Shown: piece after piece, positions 54,123 through 63,126 of the stretch
How positions within the stretch are numbered: the stretch's first letter is position 1
Layout: each line of letters opens with the position of its first letter
Origin: a bacterium
GTDB lineage: Bacteria > Patescibacteriota > Minisyncoccia > UBA6257 > GWB1-50-10
Length of the DNA stretch: 64,000 nt
NCBI GenBank assembly: GCA_021815205.1
Contig: JAKAHD010000004.1
Coordinates: 4,990-68,989, forward strand
Direction of reading: 5' to 3'
Position numbers and translations under genes: made by a program
Notes under the pieces: model-generated
Database searches by the model: none
Told to the model about the DNA's origin: nothing
What the model saw: the letters and a program-made list of their open reading frames with translations, nothing else

Positions 54123-54950
54123 ATGGTGATTTATCTCTACGGTCCCGATTCCTACAGGAGAAAGATGAAACTTGATTCGCTCCTTTCTGAGTATAAGAAG
54201 AAATATCCGAGTATGGATATTTTCTCTGCCGACTTTGAGGAAAATCCGGAAGATTGGGAAAAGGTAAGGGATTTCTTGAACCAGCCATCGATATTTGTGG
54301 ATTCGAAGATTGCAGTCGTGAGATATCCGCAGGAGGTGAAAGAAAAAGCGTGGCGCGAGATCCTAAAGAAATTTTTGAAGGACGAGAAAACCTTCATGCT
54401 GCTCTCGGACGAGAAGAAGCCCTTGAAGGATTTTCAGTTCTTGCTCAATGCGCCATCCAAGGCGCAGGAGTTCAAGGTGCTCGAAGGAAAAATGCTTGAG
54501 CTCTTTGTGCGCGAAGAAGCGAGGGCGCGCGGCCTCGTGTTTGCCCCGGATGCGCTCGCGCTCTTCGCGCGGTATCTTGAGTTAGGTGAGGAGCGGAGCT
54601 GGAACGCGGTCGCGGAGCTCGACAAACTCGCGCTTGTCGCGGGCAACGAGCCGATTTCAAAAGAAATGATCGCGGCGTATTTCAATCAATTGACGAAGTA
54701 CCAGGTATTCCAAGTAACGGCGCGAATGCTCTCGTCGCATGATTGGAAAGAGCGTCTTTCGCTTTTGGAGCGGCTCTTCCTCCAGCATGAGGCGAGCGCA
54801 TATATTTTTAACTCTCTGGGGTATGCAGCCCGCGGCAGGAACGTGGTAGCGCTCGCCGATTATGATATTTCGATAAAGTCCGGAAAACTCGAGTACGAGG
54901 AGGCGCTTCTCAAGTTCGCGCTCGGCGCGCGACGAACAGGAGTGATTTGA
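54123..54950 (+). CDS. holA: DNA polymerase III delta subunit
   Basis: N-terminus VIYLYGPDSYRRKMKLDSLL and a length of 275 aa fit the HolA family. Confidence 0.65.
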   Translation: MVIYLYGPDSYRRKMKLDSLLSEYKKKYPSMDIFSADFEENPEDWEKVRDFLNQPSIFVDSKIAVVRYPQEVKEKAWREILKKFLKDEKTFMLLSDEKKPLKDFQFLLNAPSKAQEFKVLEGKMLELFVREEARARGLVFAPDALALFARYLELGEERSWNAVAELDKLALVAGNEPISKEMIAAYFNQLTKYQVFQVTARMLSSHDWKERLSLLERLFLQHEASAYIFNSLGYAARGRNVVALADYDISIKSGKLEYEEALLKFALGARRTGVI

Positions 54951-55005
54951 TTCATAAGATCCTTTGAACGGATAGGTTTCACAAAAAAATAGGAATCCTA
55001 GATTC

Positions 55006-55272
55006 CTATTGTTTTTTTGCTTGAAGTTTTTTGGTGAGCCGCGATTTCATGCGGTTCGCTTTATTTTTCTTAATAAATCTCACCTTACTCATTTTATCAA
55101 TCGTCTTGTAGAGCGAGGGGAGTTTTGCGTTCGCGGCTTCCATATTTCCCGCCATGACAAGTCTTCTATATTCCTTCACCGCGGCGCCGAGCACGTTCTT
55201 TCGCGCGAGGTTTCGGGTGCGGCGGCGTATGGTTTGTCGGTTAGCTTTCTTGGCTGATTTTATGATTGGCAT
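55006..55272 (-). CDS. rpsT: 30S ribosomal protein S20
   Basis: MPIIKSAKKANRQTIRRRTRNLARKN.... Confidence 0.88.
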   Translation of the reverse strand: MPIIKSAKKANRQTIRRRTRNLARKNVLGAAVKEYRRLVMAGNMEAANAKLPSLYKTIDKMSKVRFIKKNKANRMKSRLTKKLQAKKQ

Positions 55273-55374
55273 AGCATCACAATAATATGCACCCTTGGAT
55301 ACATTGTCAATGTTTTCCGAATCCGGTCGTTGCCGCTGTGGTTGTGGCTCATAAAATCCTAAATTCTAATTTCT

Positions 55375-55515
55375 CTCCCCGCTGGAGATGTCTGTCCCTA
55401 CGGGACATCTCCCGCAGGGATGACCGAAGGGATATAAATCCTAAACAATAACCAAAACGCAAAATCATAATGACCGAAACACATGTTTTGGATTTTCGAT
55501 TAGGATTTTGTAGCG
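55375..55515. repeat. Family E element (AAATCCTAAAC...GATTAGGATTT inverted ends) enclosing the GGAGATGTC...GACATCTCC hairpin
   Basis: AATCCTAAACAATAACCAAAACGC recurs at 56140 and 56337. An inverted TTAGGATTT follows. Confidence 0.45.
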
Positions 55516-55538
55516 GTGTGGGCTTATAATAGGTATAT

Positions 55539-56129
55539 ATGATCTATTCCCTGAAAGGCATTTTAATTAACAAGGGCGACCACTTCCTTGTGGTGGAGAC
55601 GGGAGGCATCGGGTTTAAGGTGTTTTCAAACGAAGGAACACTCACGGCGGCACCCGAGGAGGGAAACGAGGTGCGGCTCTATTGCCATCTCCATGTGCGC
55701 GAGGACATACTCGATCTCTACGGGTTTTTTGACGAGGGCGCGTTGAAACTCTTCGAACTTTTAATCTCGGTCTCGGGCGTCGGGCCCCGCACCGCGCTTG
55801 CGATCCTTGATCTCGACACCGCGCCGAATATCATGGTCGCGATTATCGAGAAACGCGCGGATCTCCTCTCGCGCGCATCAGGCATCGGGCAGAAAACCGC
55901 GGGGCGGGTAGTCCTGGAGCTTCAGAACAAGATTATGATGCCGAAGGGCGCGGAGCGCGCGAAGGCGATCGGCGTGAACATGGAGGTCGAGGAGGCGCTC
56001 GTGGGCTTGGGTTACAACCGCCCTGAAGTGCGAAATATTATAAAAGAAATCCCGAATGAGAAGGAGGGTTTGGAAGAGAAATTACGGGAGGCGCTGAAGA
56101 TGTTAGGGAAACAGAATTCGAATTTCTAA
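55539..56129 (+). CDS. ruvA: Holliday junction DNA helicase RuvA
   Basis: MIYSLKGILI...VETGGIGFKV. HhH motifs LISVSGVGPRTA. Confidence 0.88.
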   Translation: MIYSLKGILINKGDHFLVVETGGIGFKVFSNEGTLTAAPEEGNEVRLYCHLHVREDILDLYGFFDEGALKLFELLISVSGVGPRTALAILDLDTAPNIMVAIIEKRADLLSRASGIGQKTAGRVVLELQNKIMMPKGAERAKAIGVNMEVEEALVGLGYNRPEVRNIIKEIPNEKEGLEEKLREALKMLGKQNSNF

Positions 56130-56430
56130 ATCCGAAATCCTAAATCCTAAACAATGACCAAAATGAAGGATATCCGACCGCAGGGTAAGCCCCGCACAAT
56201 GGAGCACTTTGCGCACTTCCTCACTGCAATCCGCCAGCTGGCGGAGCGGATATTAAACCCCTTCTTGGCTTGCGTGCTCGGAAACGCAAAAGTTTCACTT
56301 TTGCATTTCACTCGCTACGTTGCGCCAATTCAAAATCCGAATAACCAAAACGCTTGTTTTGGATCTCGTCCATTTAGTCATTTGGATTTGTTTAGAGTTT
56401 AGAAATTAGGATTTAGGATTTATTTTCGAA
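56130..56430. mobile_element. MITE-like ~300-bp element with terminal inverted repeats AAATCCTAAATCCTAAAC / GTTTAG...TTAGGATTTAGGATTT. Contains an 82-codon ORF of doubtful reality.
   Basis: TIRs at 56138-56160 and 56400-56425. Internally the AATCCGAATAACCAAAACGC motif matches copy E1. No transposase. Confidence 0.4.
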
Positions 56431-56431
56431 T

Positions 56432-57778
56432 ATGGTAAGAAATGTTCAGTATAATCTCATAGAGAAGATCAAAAGAGTCCCCATCTTCAAATTTCTATGC
56501 CGCATACCCTGGCTCTTGGACGCTTATCATTATCTCCTCGCGTTTCTGGGGGCGGTATGGTACGGCTTTCCAAGCAGGGAACTTTTCGTGGTCGGCGTTA
56601 CGGGCACGAAGGGTAAGTCGAGCACGGTCGAGATTTTGAACGCGACACTCGAAGCGGCCGGAAAGAAAACGGCGCTTTTGGGCTCCGTGCGGAAGAAGAT
56701 TCTTAATGCAACCGCAAAAGAGAAACCGGGAAATACGATGCCGGGGAGGTTCGCAATCCAGCGGTTTCTCCACGAAGCCGTACGTGCGGGCGCGGAGTAC
56801 GCGATTATGGAAGTGACCTCGGAGGGGATTATGCAGCACCGCCACCGCTTCATTGATTGGGACGCGGCATTTTTCTTAAATCTCGCGCCCGAGCACATCG
56901 AGCGGCACGGCTCATTCGAAAAGTATCGAGCGGCAAAGGTCTCATTCTTCTCTTCCCTCGCGCACTCCCGAAAAAAACAAAAATACTTCTTTGTGAACGA
57001 GGACGATCATAATGTGAGCTTTTTTTCCGACGCGGCGCACGCAGTGCGCGGAAACGCGCTTGTGCCGTTTTCCCACGCGATATTTTTGGAGCGCGCCGCG
57101 GCGCACGGTATGAATTTCAAGGATCCCGCAGTGCGGCGCTCGATAAACGAGTGGCTCATACCAGATTTCAACTTTATGAACGCCGCCGCCGCCGAGGCGT
57201 TTGCGGAGACCCGGCAGATTCCGTGGGAGGTGTTTCTTCGCGCGCTTCGCGCCTTCAAGGGCGTGCCGGGGCGGTGTGAGTTCGTGCAAAAAACACCTTT
57301 CGCGGTCGTCGTGGACTATGCGCACACGCCGGATTCCTTGAAGGCGATTTACGAGGCGGTACGCCCCGAACGACTTACGGGAAGGCGGGGATCCTTGATC
57401 TGCGTCTTGGGGTCCGCGGGAGGGGGAAGAGACAAATGGAAGCGGCCGGAGATGGGGAAGATCGCCGCGGAGTATTGTGATGCGATTGTTTTAACAAACG
57501 AAGATCCCTTTAACGAAAACCCCGACACAATTCTCGATGAGATCGAGAAAGGGGCGCGGGAGACCAAAGATGCCCGTTTAAATCAGAAGAATATTTTCAA
57601 GATCCTTGACCGCAGGGAAGCGATTAAAAAAGCGCTCTCGCTCGCGAAGGAAGGGGACACGATAGTGATGACTGGGAAAGGGAGTGAGTCCACGATCCGC
57701 ATGGAACACGGGAGAACAATCCCATGGAACGAGCGGCAGGTGGCGGAAGAGTTATTGAAGGAGAAAGCGGAAGAATAG
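56432..57778 (+). CDS. murE: Mur ligase family protein, MurE-like (UDP-MurNAc-tripeptide synthetase)
   Basis: ATP-binding P-loop VVGVTGTKGKSST. Central and C-terminal Mur ligase domains (NLAPEHIERHGSFEKYRAAK). Confidence 0.6.
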   Translation: MVRNVQYNLIEKIKRVPIFKFLCRIPWLLDAYHYLLAFLGAVWYGFPSRELFVVGVTGTKGKSSTVEILNATLEAAGKKTALLGSVRKKILNATAKEKPGNTMPGRFAIQRFLHEAVRAGAEYAIMEVTSEGIMQHRHRFIDWDAAFFLNLAPEHIERHGSFEKYRAAKVSFFSSLAHSRKKQKYFFVNEDDHNVSFFSDAAHAVRGNALVPFSHAIFLERAAAHGMNFKDPAVRRSINEWLIPDFNFMNAAAAEAFAETRQIPWEVFLRALRAFKGVPGRCEFVQKTPFAVVVDYAHTPDSLKAIYEAVRPERLTGRRGSLICVLGSAGGGRDKWKRPEMGKIAAEYCDAIVLTNEDPFNENPDTILDEIEKGARETKDARLNQKNIFKILDRREAIKKALSLAKEGDTIVMTGKGSESTIRMEHGRTIPWNERQVAEELLKEKAEE

Positions 57779-57781
57779 CAA

Positions 57782-58789
57782 TTGAGTACGAAATTTCCCA
57801 TGGAATTTAATTCAAATATTGGTAACCCGAACGACCCGCCATTTGAATTCTCCGAAAATGGGGTCCCGCTGGTTGCGAACACTGAGGGCAAGAAGATCGA
57901 AAGCGGACAGTTCAAAGAACTATTGCGTCACATGCAACAGGAAGACGCCCTAAAAATTTACAAATCAATTAAGAGACTTGAGGAGGGTGAGTTTAAAAAC
58001 AGCCAGCTTCAGGATGAGAATGGTGAGCTTCGTATTATGTGGCATGGAAGTCCCCGAAAATTCGAAGAATTCAGATCTGACGCGAAGGGAGAATATAGAT
58101 GGAGGAACGAGGGAATACATTTCTCCAGCTCGGAAGAAGTAGTGGAGCAATACGCGGACAAGGCGTACTCCGCATTGCGGACCGCATTGTATGCCATCGC
58201 ATCGCAATCGTTTCAACTTGAGGAGGGGAAGCCCCTCACCAACGAGCAAGTTCAAAAGGCGAAGGAGATTTATAACGGAATTATGGAGAACGTGCGAGAG
58301 AAGAAGGAACAAAGCCCATTCTATCGGAAGGAATATGTATGGAAGAGTGGTGTAAAAACGGAAGAGCGGGATCCCGCTGCTGAGAGTATAGAATATGGAA
58401 AAATAAGACTTGGTATTGAGTGGATATCCGAAATATTCGGCGGTGAGTTGCCAACAAAAGAAAATAGTATTTTTGACCAAAGAGAGGGCGTGTATGTCGG
58501 GAGAAATATTGGGAAATATTTCTACGCCGCGGTTTTAGATATCGAAAAGCCGTTCCGTGCAGAGACAAAAGACATTGATCATGGTTTTTCGATGGGGGAA
58601 GAATCAAAAGAAAAAGAAGACACCGATGGTACCATCCTATTACATCCCGAGGGAATTGTGGGAATGGGAGGATTGCTGATCTCCGGTACGGAGGGCACGA
58701 TTTCCGCCGCTATTTTTGATGAGAAGAAAATAAAGATTTTGGGGTGTAAGAGCGGAGGAAAATTTGAAGTGAGTAAGGAGTTTATTTAA
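57782..58789 (+). CDS. Hypothetical acidic protein (335 aa), lower GC
   Basis: ORF with no recognisable motif. The stop of murE is followed 3 nt later by TTG or ATG at 57782. Confidence 0.4.
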   Translation: MSTKFPMEFNSNIGNPNDPPFEFSENGVPLVANTEGKKIESGQFKELLRHMQQEDALKIYKSIKRLEEGEFKNSQLQDENGELRIMWHGSPRKFEEFRSDAKGEYRWRNEGIHFSSSEEVVEQYADKAYSALRTALYAIASQSFQLEEGKPLTNEQVQKAKEIYNGIMENVREKKEQSPFYRKEYVWKSGVKTEERDPAAESIEYGKIRLGIEWISEIFGGELPTKENSIFDQREGVYVGRNIGKYFYAAVLDIEKPFRAETKDIDHGFSMGEESKEKEDTDGTILLHPEGIVGMGGLLISGTEGTISAAIFDEKKIKILGCKSGGKFEVSKEFI

Positions 58790-58830
58790 TTTTTCTGCTA
58801 ATATTGAAGTTCTTAAAACCGTAAAAATAA

Positions 58831-58870
58831 TCGAGCGGGTACCAAACGGTATCCGCTCGAATTTTTTATT
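58831..58870 (+). terminator. Rho-independent terminator
   Basis: TCGAGCGGGTACC-AAAC-GGTATCCGCTCGA followed by ATTTTTTATT. Confidence 0.6.
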
Positions 58871-58977
58871 AACGATAACTCCAATTTATACTCCTTGCTC
58901 CAACCACGGAGCAATAATATGTAGCCGCATCCTATCCTGCGGCAATTTTGTTGGTTTAATTACCTGCGAGATAGGTC

Positions 58978-59045
58978 ACTGGTTTTGATTACTCATTCAA
59001 ATCCCGAGATAACCCTCAGAACCTGGATGAGTAATCAAACCAAAG
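58978..59045. other. Long bulged hairpin (15-bp stem TGGTT(T)TGATTACTCAT / ATGAGTAATCAAACCA, 30-nt loop)
   Basis: Direct reading of the sequence. Confidence 0.5.
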
Positions 59046-59094
59046 GAAAAAAGAGGGATCAGACATCTTGAACCCACCTCGCCTGCGGAAGAAT

Positions 59095-59140
59095 CTTGCG
59101 GTATCAGCATGCATCAGCGCCATCGGCATCAATCGGTGTC
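59095..59140. repeat. Family H ATCAGC/ATCGGC repeat cluster, second locus
   Basis: GGTATCAGCATGCATCAGCGCCATCGGCATCAATCGG. Confidence 0.5.
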
Positions 59141-59216
59141 TAAAAATTCTTCACCCTCGACGTAGCTTGGGATTAAATGACACCCGCTTCTCGGATAGGA
59201 TGTTATACTAAAAGGC

Positions 59217-60572
59217 ATGAAATTAACTTTCTGCGGAGGCGCCGGAGTAGTGACCGGTGCGAACTATCTTTTGGAGGTCGGCGACAAGAAATTTTTGATT
59301 GACTGCGGGCTCGAGCAAGGAGAGACATTTTCGTCCGACAGGAACTTCAAGGAGTTTCCATACGATCCCGCATCAATTGATGCGCTTTTCGTGACGCATG
59401 CGCACATCGATCATGTGGGACGGATTCCCCAGCTTGTGAAGGCGGGATTCAAGGGCGCGATCTATTCGACGCCGCCCACCAAAGATTTCGCGCGGCTCCT
59501 CTTGCTTGATTCGGAGCATCTCTTGGGCGAGGAGGCGGAGCAGCGGCATGTGCCGCCGCTCTACGGAGACGAGGACGTCGCGCATGCGATGAGCGTGTGG
59601 CGCACGGTGCGGTATCACGGGCCATTTTCCGCGGGGCCGCTCACGGTGGAATTTTATGACGCGGGACATATTTTGGGTTCAAGCTCGATTTGTGTTACCG
59701 CGGAAGGGAAAAAGATTGTTTTTTCGGGCGATCTTGGAAACACGCCCGCGCCGTTCATTCATCCAATCGAATATATTCCGAGCGCCGACTACGCGCTTAT
59801 CGAGTCCGCCTACGGCAACCGCATGCACGAGCGGGCAGAGGAGCGACAGGAGATGGTCCGCGAGGCGGTCGAGGAAACGGTCCGCGACGGGGGCGCGCTC
59901 GTTATTCCCGCCTTCGCGATGGAGCGGACGCAGGAGATGATCTTCGAGCTGAACGAGCTCGCCGAAAGCGGCAAGATCCCGAAGGTGCCGGTCTTTATCG
60001 ATAGCCCGCTCGCGATCAAACTTACCGAGGTGTATAAGAAGTACGCGGGCGACAAAGATTATTTTAACGACGAAGCAAGAGCGCTTCTTGCAAAAGGCGA
60101 CTCGATCTTCGATTTTCCGGGTCTCACACAGACCCCCACCAAGGAAGAATCGAAGCGCATCAACGAGGTGCCACCGCCGAAGATCGTGATTGCGGGCGCG
60201 GGAATGTCGAACGGAGGAAGAATTTTACACCACGAGATCCGTTGCCTGCCCGACCCCAAGAGCACGCTTCTTATTGTGGGGTACCAGGCGCGCGGATCGA
60301 TGGGCCGCGTGATCCAGGAGGGCGCGAAATCGGTCGAGATTTTCGGGGAACAAGTGCCCGTGCGATGTCGGGTGCGCGTCGTGAGCGGCTACTCGGCACA
60401 CGCCGACCAGCCGCAGCTTATGGAATGGGTGTCTTCGATGCGCGGGAGCGTCAAAAAGATATTCGTCGTGCAAGGAGACCCAGACGAATCCATGGCGCTT
60501 GCGGAAAAAATAAAAAGCGATCTACGACTCGAAGCGGAGGTCCCTACTCTTGGTGAGTCGGCGGTGTTATAA
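59217..60572 (+). CDS. Beta-CASP family MBL-fold ribonuclease (RNase J / CPSF73-like)
   Basis: MBL motifs LIDCG, HAHIDHVG and D/H residues. Beta-CASP region. 451 aa. Confidence 0.7.
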   Translation: MKLTFCGGAGVVTGANYLLEVGDKKFLIDCGLEQGETFSSDRNFKEFPYDPASIDALFVTHAHIDHVGRIPQLVKAGFKGAIYSTPPTKDFARLLLLDSEHLLGEEAEQRHVPPLYGDEDVAHAMSVWRTVRYHGPFSAGPLTVEFYDAGHILGSSSICVTAEGKKIVFSGDLGNTPAPFIHPIEYIPSADYALIESAYGNRMHERAEERQEMVREAVEETVRDGGALVIPAFAMERTQEMIFELNELAESGKIPKVPVFIDSPLAIKLTEVYKKYAGDKDYFNDEARALLAKGDSIFDFPGLTQTPTKEESKRINEVPPPKIVIAGAGMSNGGRILHHEIRCLPDPKSTLLIVGYQARGSMGRVIQEGAKSVEIFGEQVPVRCRVRVVSGYSAHADQPQLMEWVSSMRGSVKKIFVVQGDPDESMALAEKIKSDLRLEAEVPTLGESAVL

Positions 60573-60579
60573 TCTTCTT

Positions 60580-61251
60580 ATGCAAAAGAAAAAAACAGAG
60601 GGACGCAAAATCGTGAAAACGCCGAAGATCCTGAAATTGCCCGCGGTGTCGCGCGGGGCGCATCAGGTTCATGGTTACCATTTGAAGTATAAGATCTGCG
60701 TTTCAGGAGCTGCGGAGACGGGGCACTGCGCGAAGGACGCGATCGAGAAAGCGGAGCAGATCGGGCGAGAAGTCGCGCGGCGCGGGCTTATTCTCGTGAC
60801 GGGCGCGACGATCGGGATGCCCTACTGGGCCGCGAAGGGGGCGAAAGAAGAAGGGGGGTTCGTGATCGGGCTTTCGCCGGCGGCCTCGAAGGTCGCGCAC
60901 GTGAAGACCTACCACCTCCCGCTCGATTATCACGATGTGATTGTCTATACCGGATTCGATTATGCGGGGAGGAATCTGCTTCTCACGCGTTCGGCGGACG
61001 CCATCGTTACGCTCTGCGGGAGGACGGGAACCTTAAACGAGTTCACAATCGGGTTTGAAGATCATAAGCCCCAGGGGGTGCTCGAAGGCACGGGCGGCAC
61101 GGCGGATATGATCCGCGGCATCTTGGAGAGCGCGCATCGCGGACTCGGAAAGGTGGTCTTCTCGAGAGACCCTTCTGATCTCATTGATAAGGTAGTGCGC
61201 CTCATTCACGAAGAGGAGGTGAAGAATGGAGTAAATGGGAAGATATTGTAA
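60580..61251 (+). CDS. LOG/TIGR00725-like Rossmann-fold nucleotide-binding protein
   Basis: ILVTGATIGM...GRTGTLNEF pattern resembles SLOG/LOG-family proteins. Confidence 0.45.
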   Translation: MQKKKTEGRKIVKTPKILKLPAVSRGAHQVHGYHLKYKICVSGAAETGHCAKDAIEKAEQIGREVARRGLILVTGATIGMPYWAAKGAKEEGGFVIGLSPAASKVAHVKTYHLPLDYHDVIVYTGFDYAGRNLLLTRSADAIVTLCGRTGTLNEFTIGFEDHKPQGVLEGTGGTADMIRGILESAHRGLGKVVFSRDPSDLIDKVVRLIHEEEVKNGVNGKIL

Positions 61252-61280
61252 TACTTCCTCACCATACGTCCCGCCGGCTC

Positions 61281-61333
61281 GGGCGCTCCAAGGGCGCCTG
61301 CCCGCGCAGGCAGGCTAGCCCAGTCTTACCCTC
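61281..61333. repeat. Family B-related repeat inserted into the loop of a 13-bp inverted repeat (CATACGTCCCGCC/GGCGGGACGTATG), a likely terminator hairpin
   Basis: Perfect 13-bp IR at 61263-61275 and 61336-61348 flanks the element. Confidence 0.55.
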
Positions 61334-61402
61334 GTGGCGGGACGTATGACTCGGAATATAACTTGAAAGGGGTGTTATAGAGTTGAATAAAACCTCACTG
61401 CT

Positions 61403-62713
61403 ATGAGAAAAAAACTCGGAGCGTGGTGCCTCTATCTTATTGTATTTTCAATTCCCATCGGAACGAAGAAATATCTTTCTTCATTCGTGCCGTTCGTGAG
61501 CGACTACAACTCGGTCTTCTTGTTCGGCCTCGACGTACTTATCCTGCTCTTTCTCGTGTTTTGGGGATTCAAAGCGATCAGGCGGGATCGCTTCGCAAAA
61601 TTCTTCGCGGCATTCTCCGCCGCAGGGCTCCTCCCAATTCTCTGGTCGCCCGACAAGGGGCTCGTGCTTTATGCGTGGGCGCATCTTACACTCTTCATCT
61701 GCTTCGCGCTCGCGGTCGCGGGCTTCTTTCGCGAGAAAAAAGCCGCGCTCAAGGGAACGCTCTGGGCGCTCGGAAGCTCCGCGGTGCTTCAGTCGTTCAT
61801 CTCCTTCGCACAGTTTCGGAGCCAGACGAGCGTCGGCCTTCGCCTCCTCGGCGAATCGGTGATTGATGCGGCGACGAAGGGTGTCGCGAGAATCAACGTT
61901 GACGGCCTCTCGTTCCTCCGCGCCTACGGTACGATGCCGCACGCGAACATTCTTGCCGCATTCTTGGTAATGGGACTCGCGGCATTCATCGGCCTCTTTC
62001 TCGTTTCGCATGAAAAGAAGGTGTTGCACGCCACCTCGCTTATCGGCGTGTTCGTGACTATCGGCGGACTTCTTTTTACCTTCTCCCGTTCCGGATGGAT
62101 TGTCGCCGCGATAAGCGTCGTCGCGCTCCTTATCTATGCATTTTTCAAACAACCGCTTCGCCGCCGCGCGTTCGCGCTCCTTGTCACGTGCGTACTCGCC
62201 CTCACGCTTCTCTTTGTGCAGTTCGGGTGGCTTGCATTCCCTCGCGCGCACTTCACCGCCGAGGAGGACTCGGTAACGCATCGCGTGGGGTATGACATGA
62301 TCGGTCTCAACTTGTTTCTCAAAAATCCCTTGGGCGTCGGGTGGGGCGATCAGGTTCTCGCGGCGGAACGCGAGGGGCTCTATGCGCGAGAAGGGCTTGG
62401 TCTCCCGTGGCAGGAACAGCCGATCCATAATATCTACCTGCTCATCGCGACGGAGGCGGGGATACAGGGCGTTGCGGCGCTCCTTGTCGCGCTTTTCTTC
62501 GGACTCAAGCTTGTATTCTCGCGGTTCAGGAGAATGGATGCGGAAGCGCGCGATGAATTTTGGATCGCGCTTGTCCTACTTTTGGGGTCGCTCCTCTTCG
62601 GGCTTGTGGATCACTTCCCGTGGGACCTCGAGGCGGGCCAGGCAATGCTCTGGCTCTCCTTGGGAATCGTGATGGGCCTCGCGGAACGCGCATCCGTTTC
62701 TTCAGCCCGATAA
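61403..62713 (+). CDS. O-antigen ligase (WaaL)-like polytopic membrane protein
   Basis: About 12 TM helices and a Wzy_C-like loop (FTFSRSGWIVAAISVVAL...). Confidence 0.5.
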   Translation: MRKKLGAWCLYLIVFSIPIGTKKYLSSFVPFVSDYNSVFLFGLDVLILLFLVFWGFKAIRRDRFAKFFAAFSAAGLLPILWSPDKGLVLYAWAHLTLFICFALAVAGFFREKKAALKGTLWALGSSAVLQSFISFAQFRSQTSVGLRLLGESVIDAATKGVARINVDGLSFLRAYGTMPHANILAAFLVMGLAAFIGLFLVSHEKKVLHATSLIGVFVTIGGLLFTFSRSGWIVAAISVVALLIYAFFKQPLRRRAFALLVTCVLALTLLFVQFGWLAFPRAHFTAEEDSVTHRVGYDMIGLNLFLKNPLGVGWGDQVLAAEREGLYAREGLGLPWQEQPIHNIYLLIATEAGIQGVAALLVALFFGLKLVFSRFRRMDAEARDEFWIALVLLLGSLLFGLVDHFPWDLEAGQAMLWLSLGIVMGLAERASVSSAR

Positions 62714-62877
62714 AAATAGTGAAGGCCGGTTGATTGCTCAACGCGGCCTTTGTTCTAACTAGCCGAATTCTTCCTCACGTTTTTGCATCGCGCCCCGCCT
62801 GTTGTAGTGGCAGTATTTCGTGATCGCATCAAAAATTGGCAACCTGCGCTGGTTTGTGGTAGGTTTTGAAGAGGAAA

Positions 62878-62954
62878 GTCCTTGTAGCTCAACTGGATAG
62901 AGCGCTTCCCTCCGAAGGAAGAGGTTAGAGGTTCAAATCCTCCCAAGGACACCA
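62878..62954 (+). tRNA. tRNA-Arg (anticodon CCG), CCA encoded
   Basis: Acceptor GTCCTTG/CAAGGAC, anticodon loop CTCCGAA, T-arm GGTTCAAATCC, 3' ACCA. 77 nt. Confidence 0.8.
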
Positions 62955-63126
62955 CATAAAAAGAATCAACACCCAAATCGACCAAGAGATGGTATTCGGG
63001 CGAGTCGTTTTTCTGAAGATATCCCTGATGTAGGGGATAACGGCGAGCATAGCGATCACGCCGCCGGATTCATAATACTGATTATACACTTTACTTTTCT
63101 CTCCAATTGTATATCATATGTGATAT

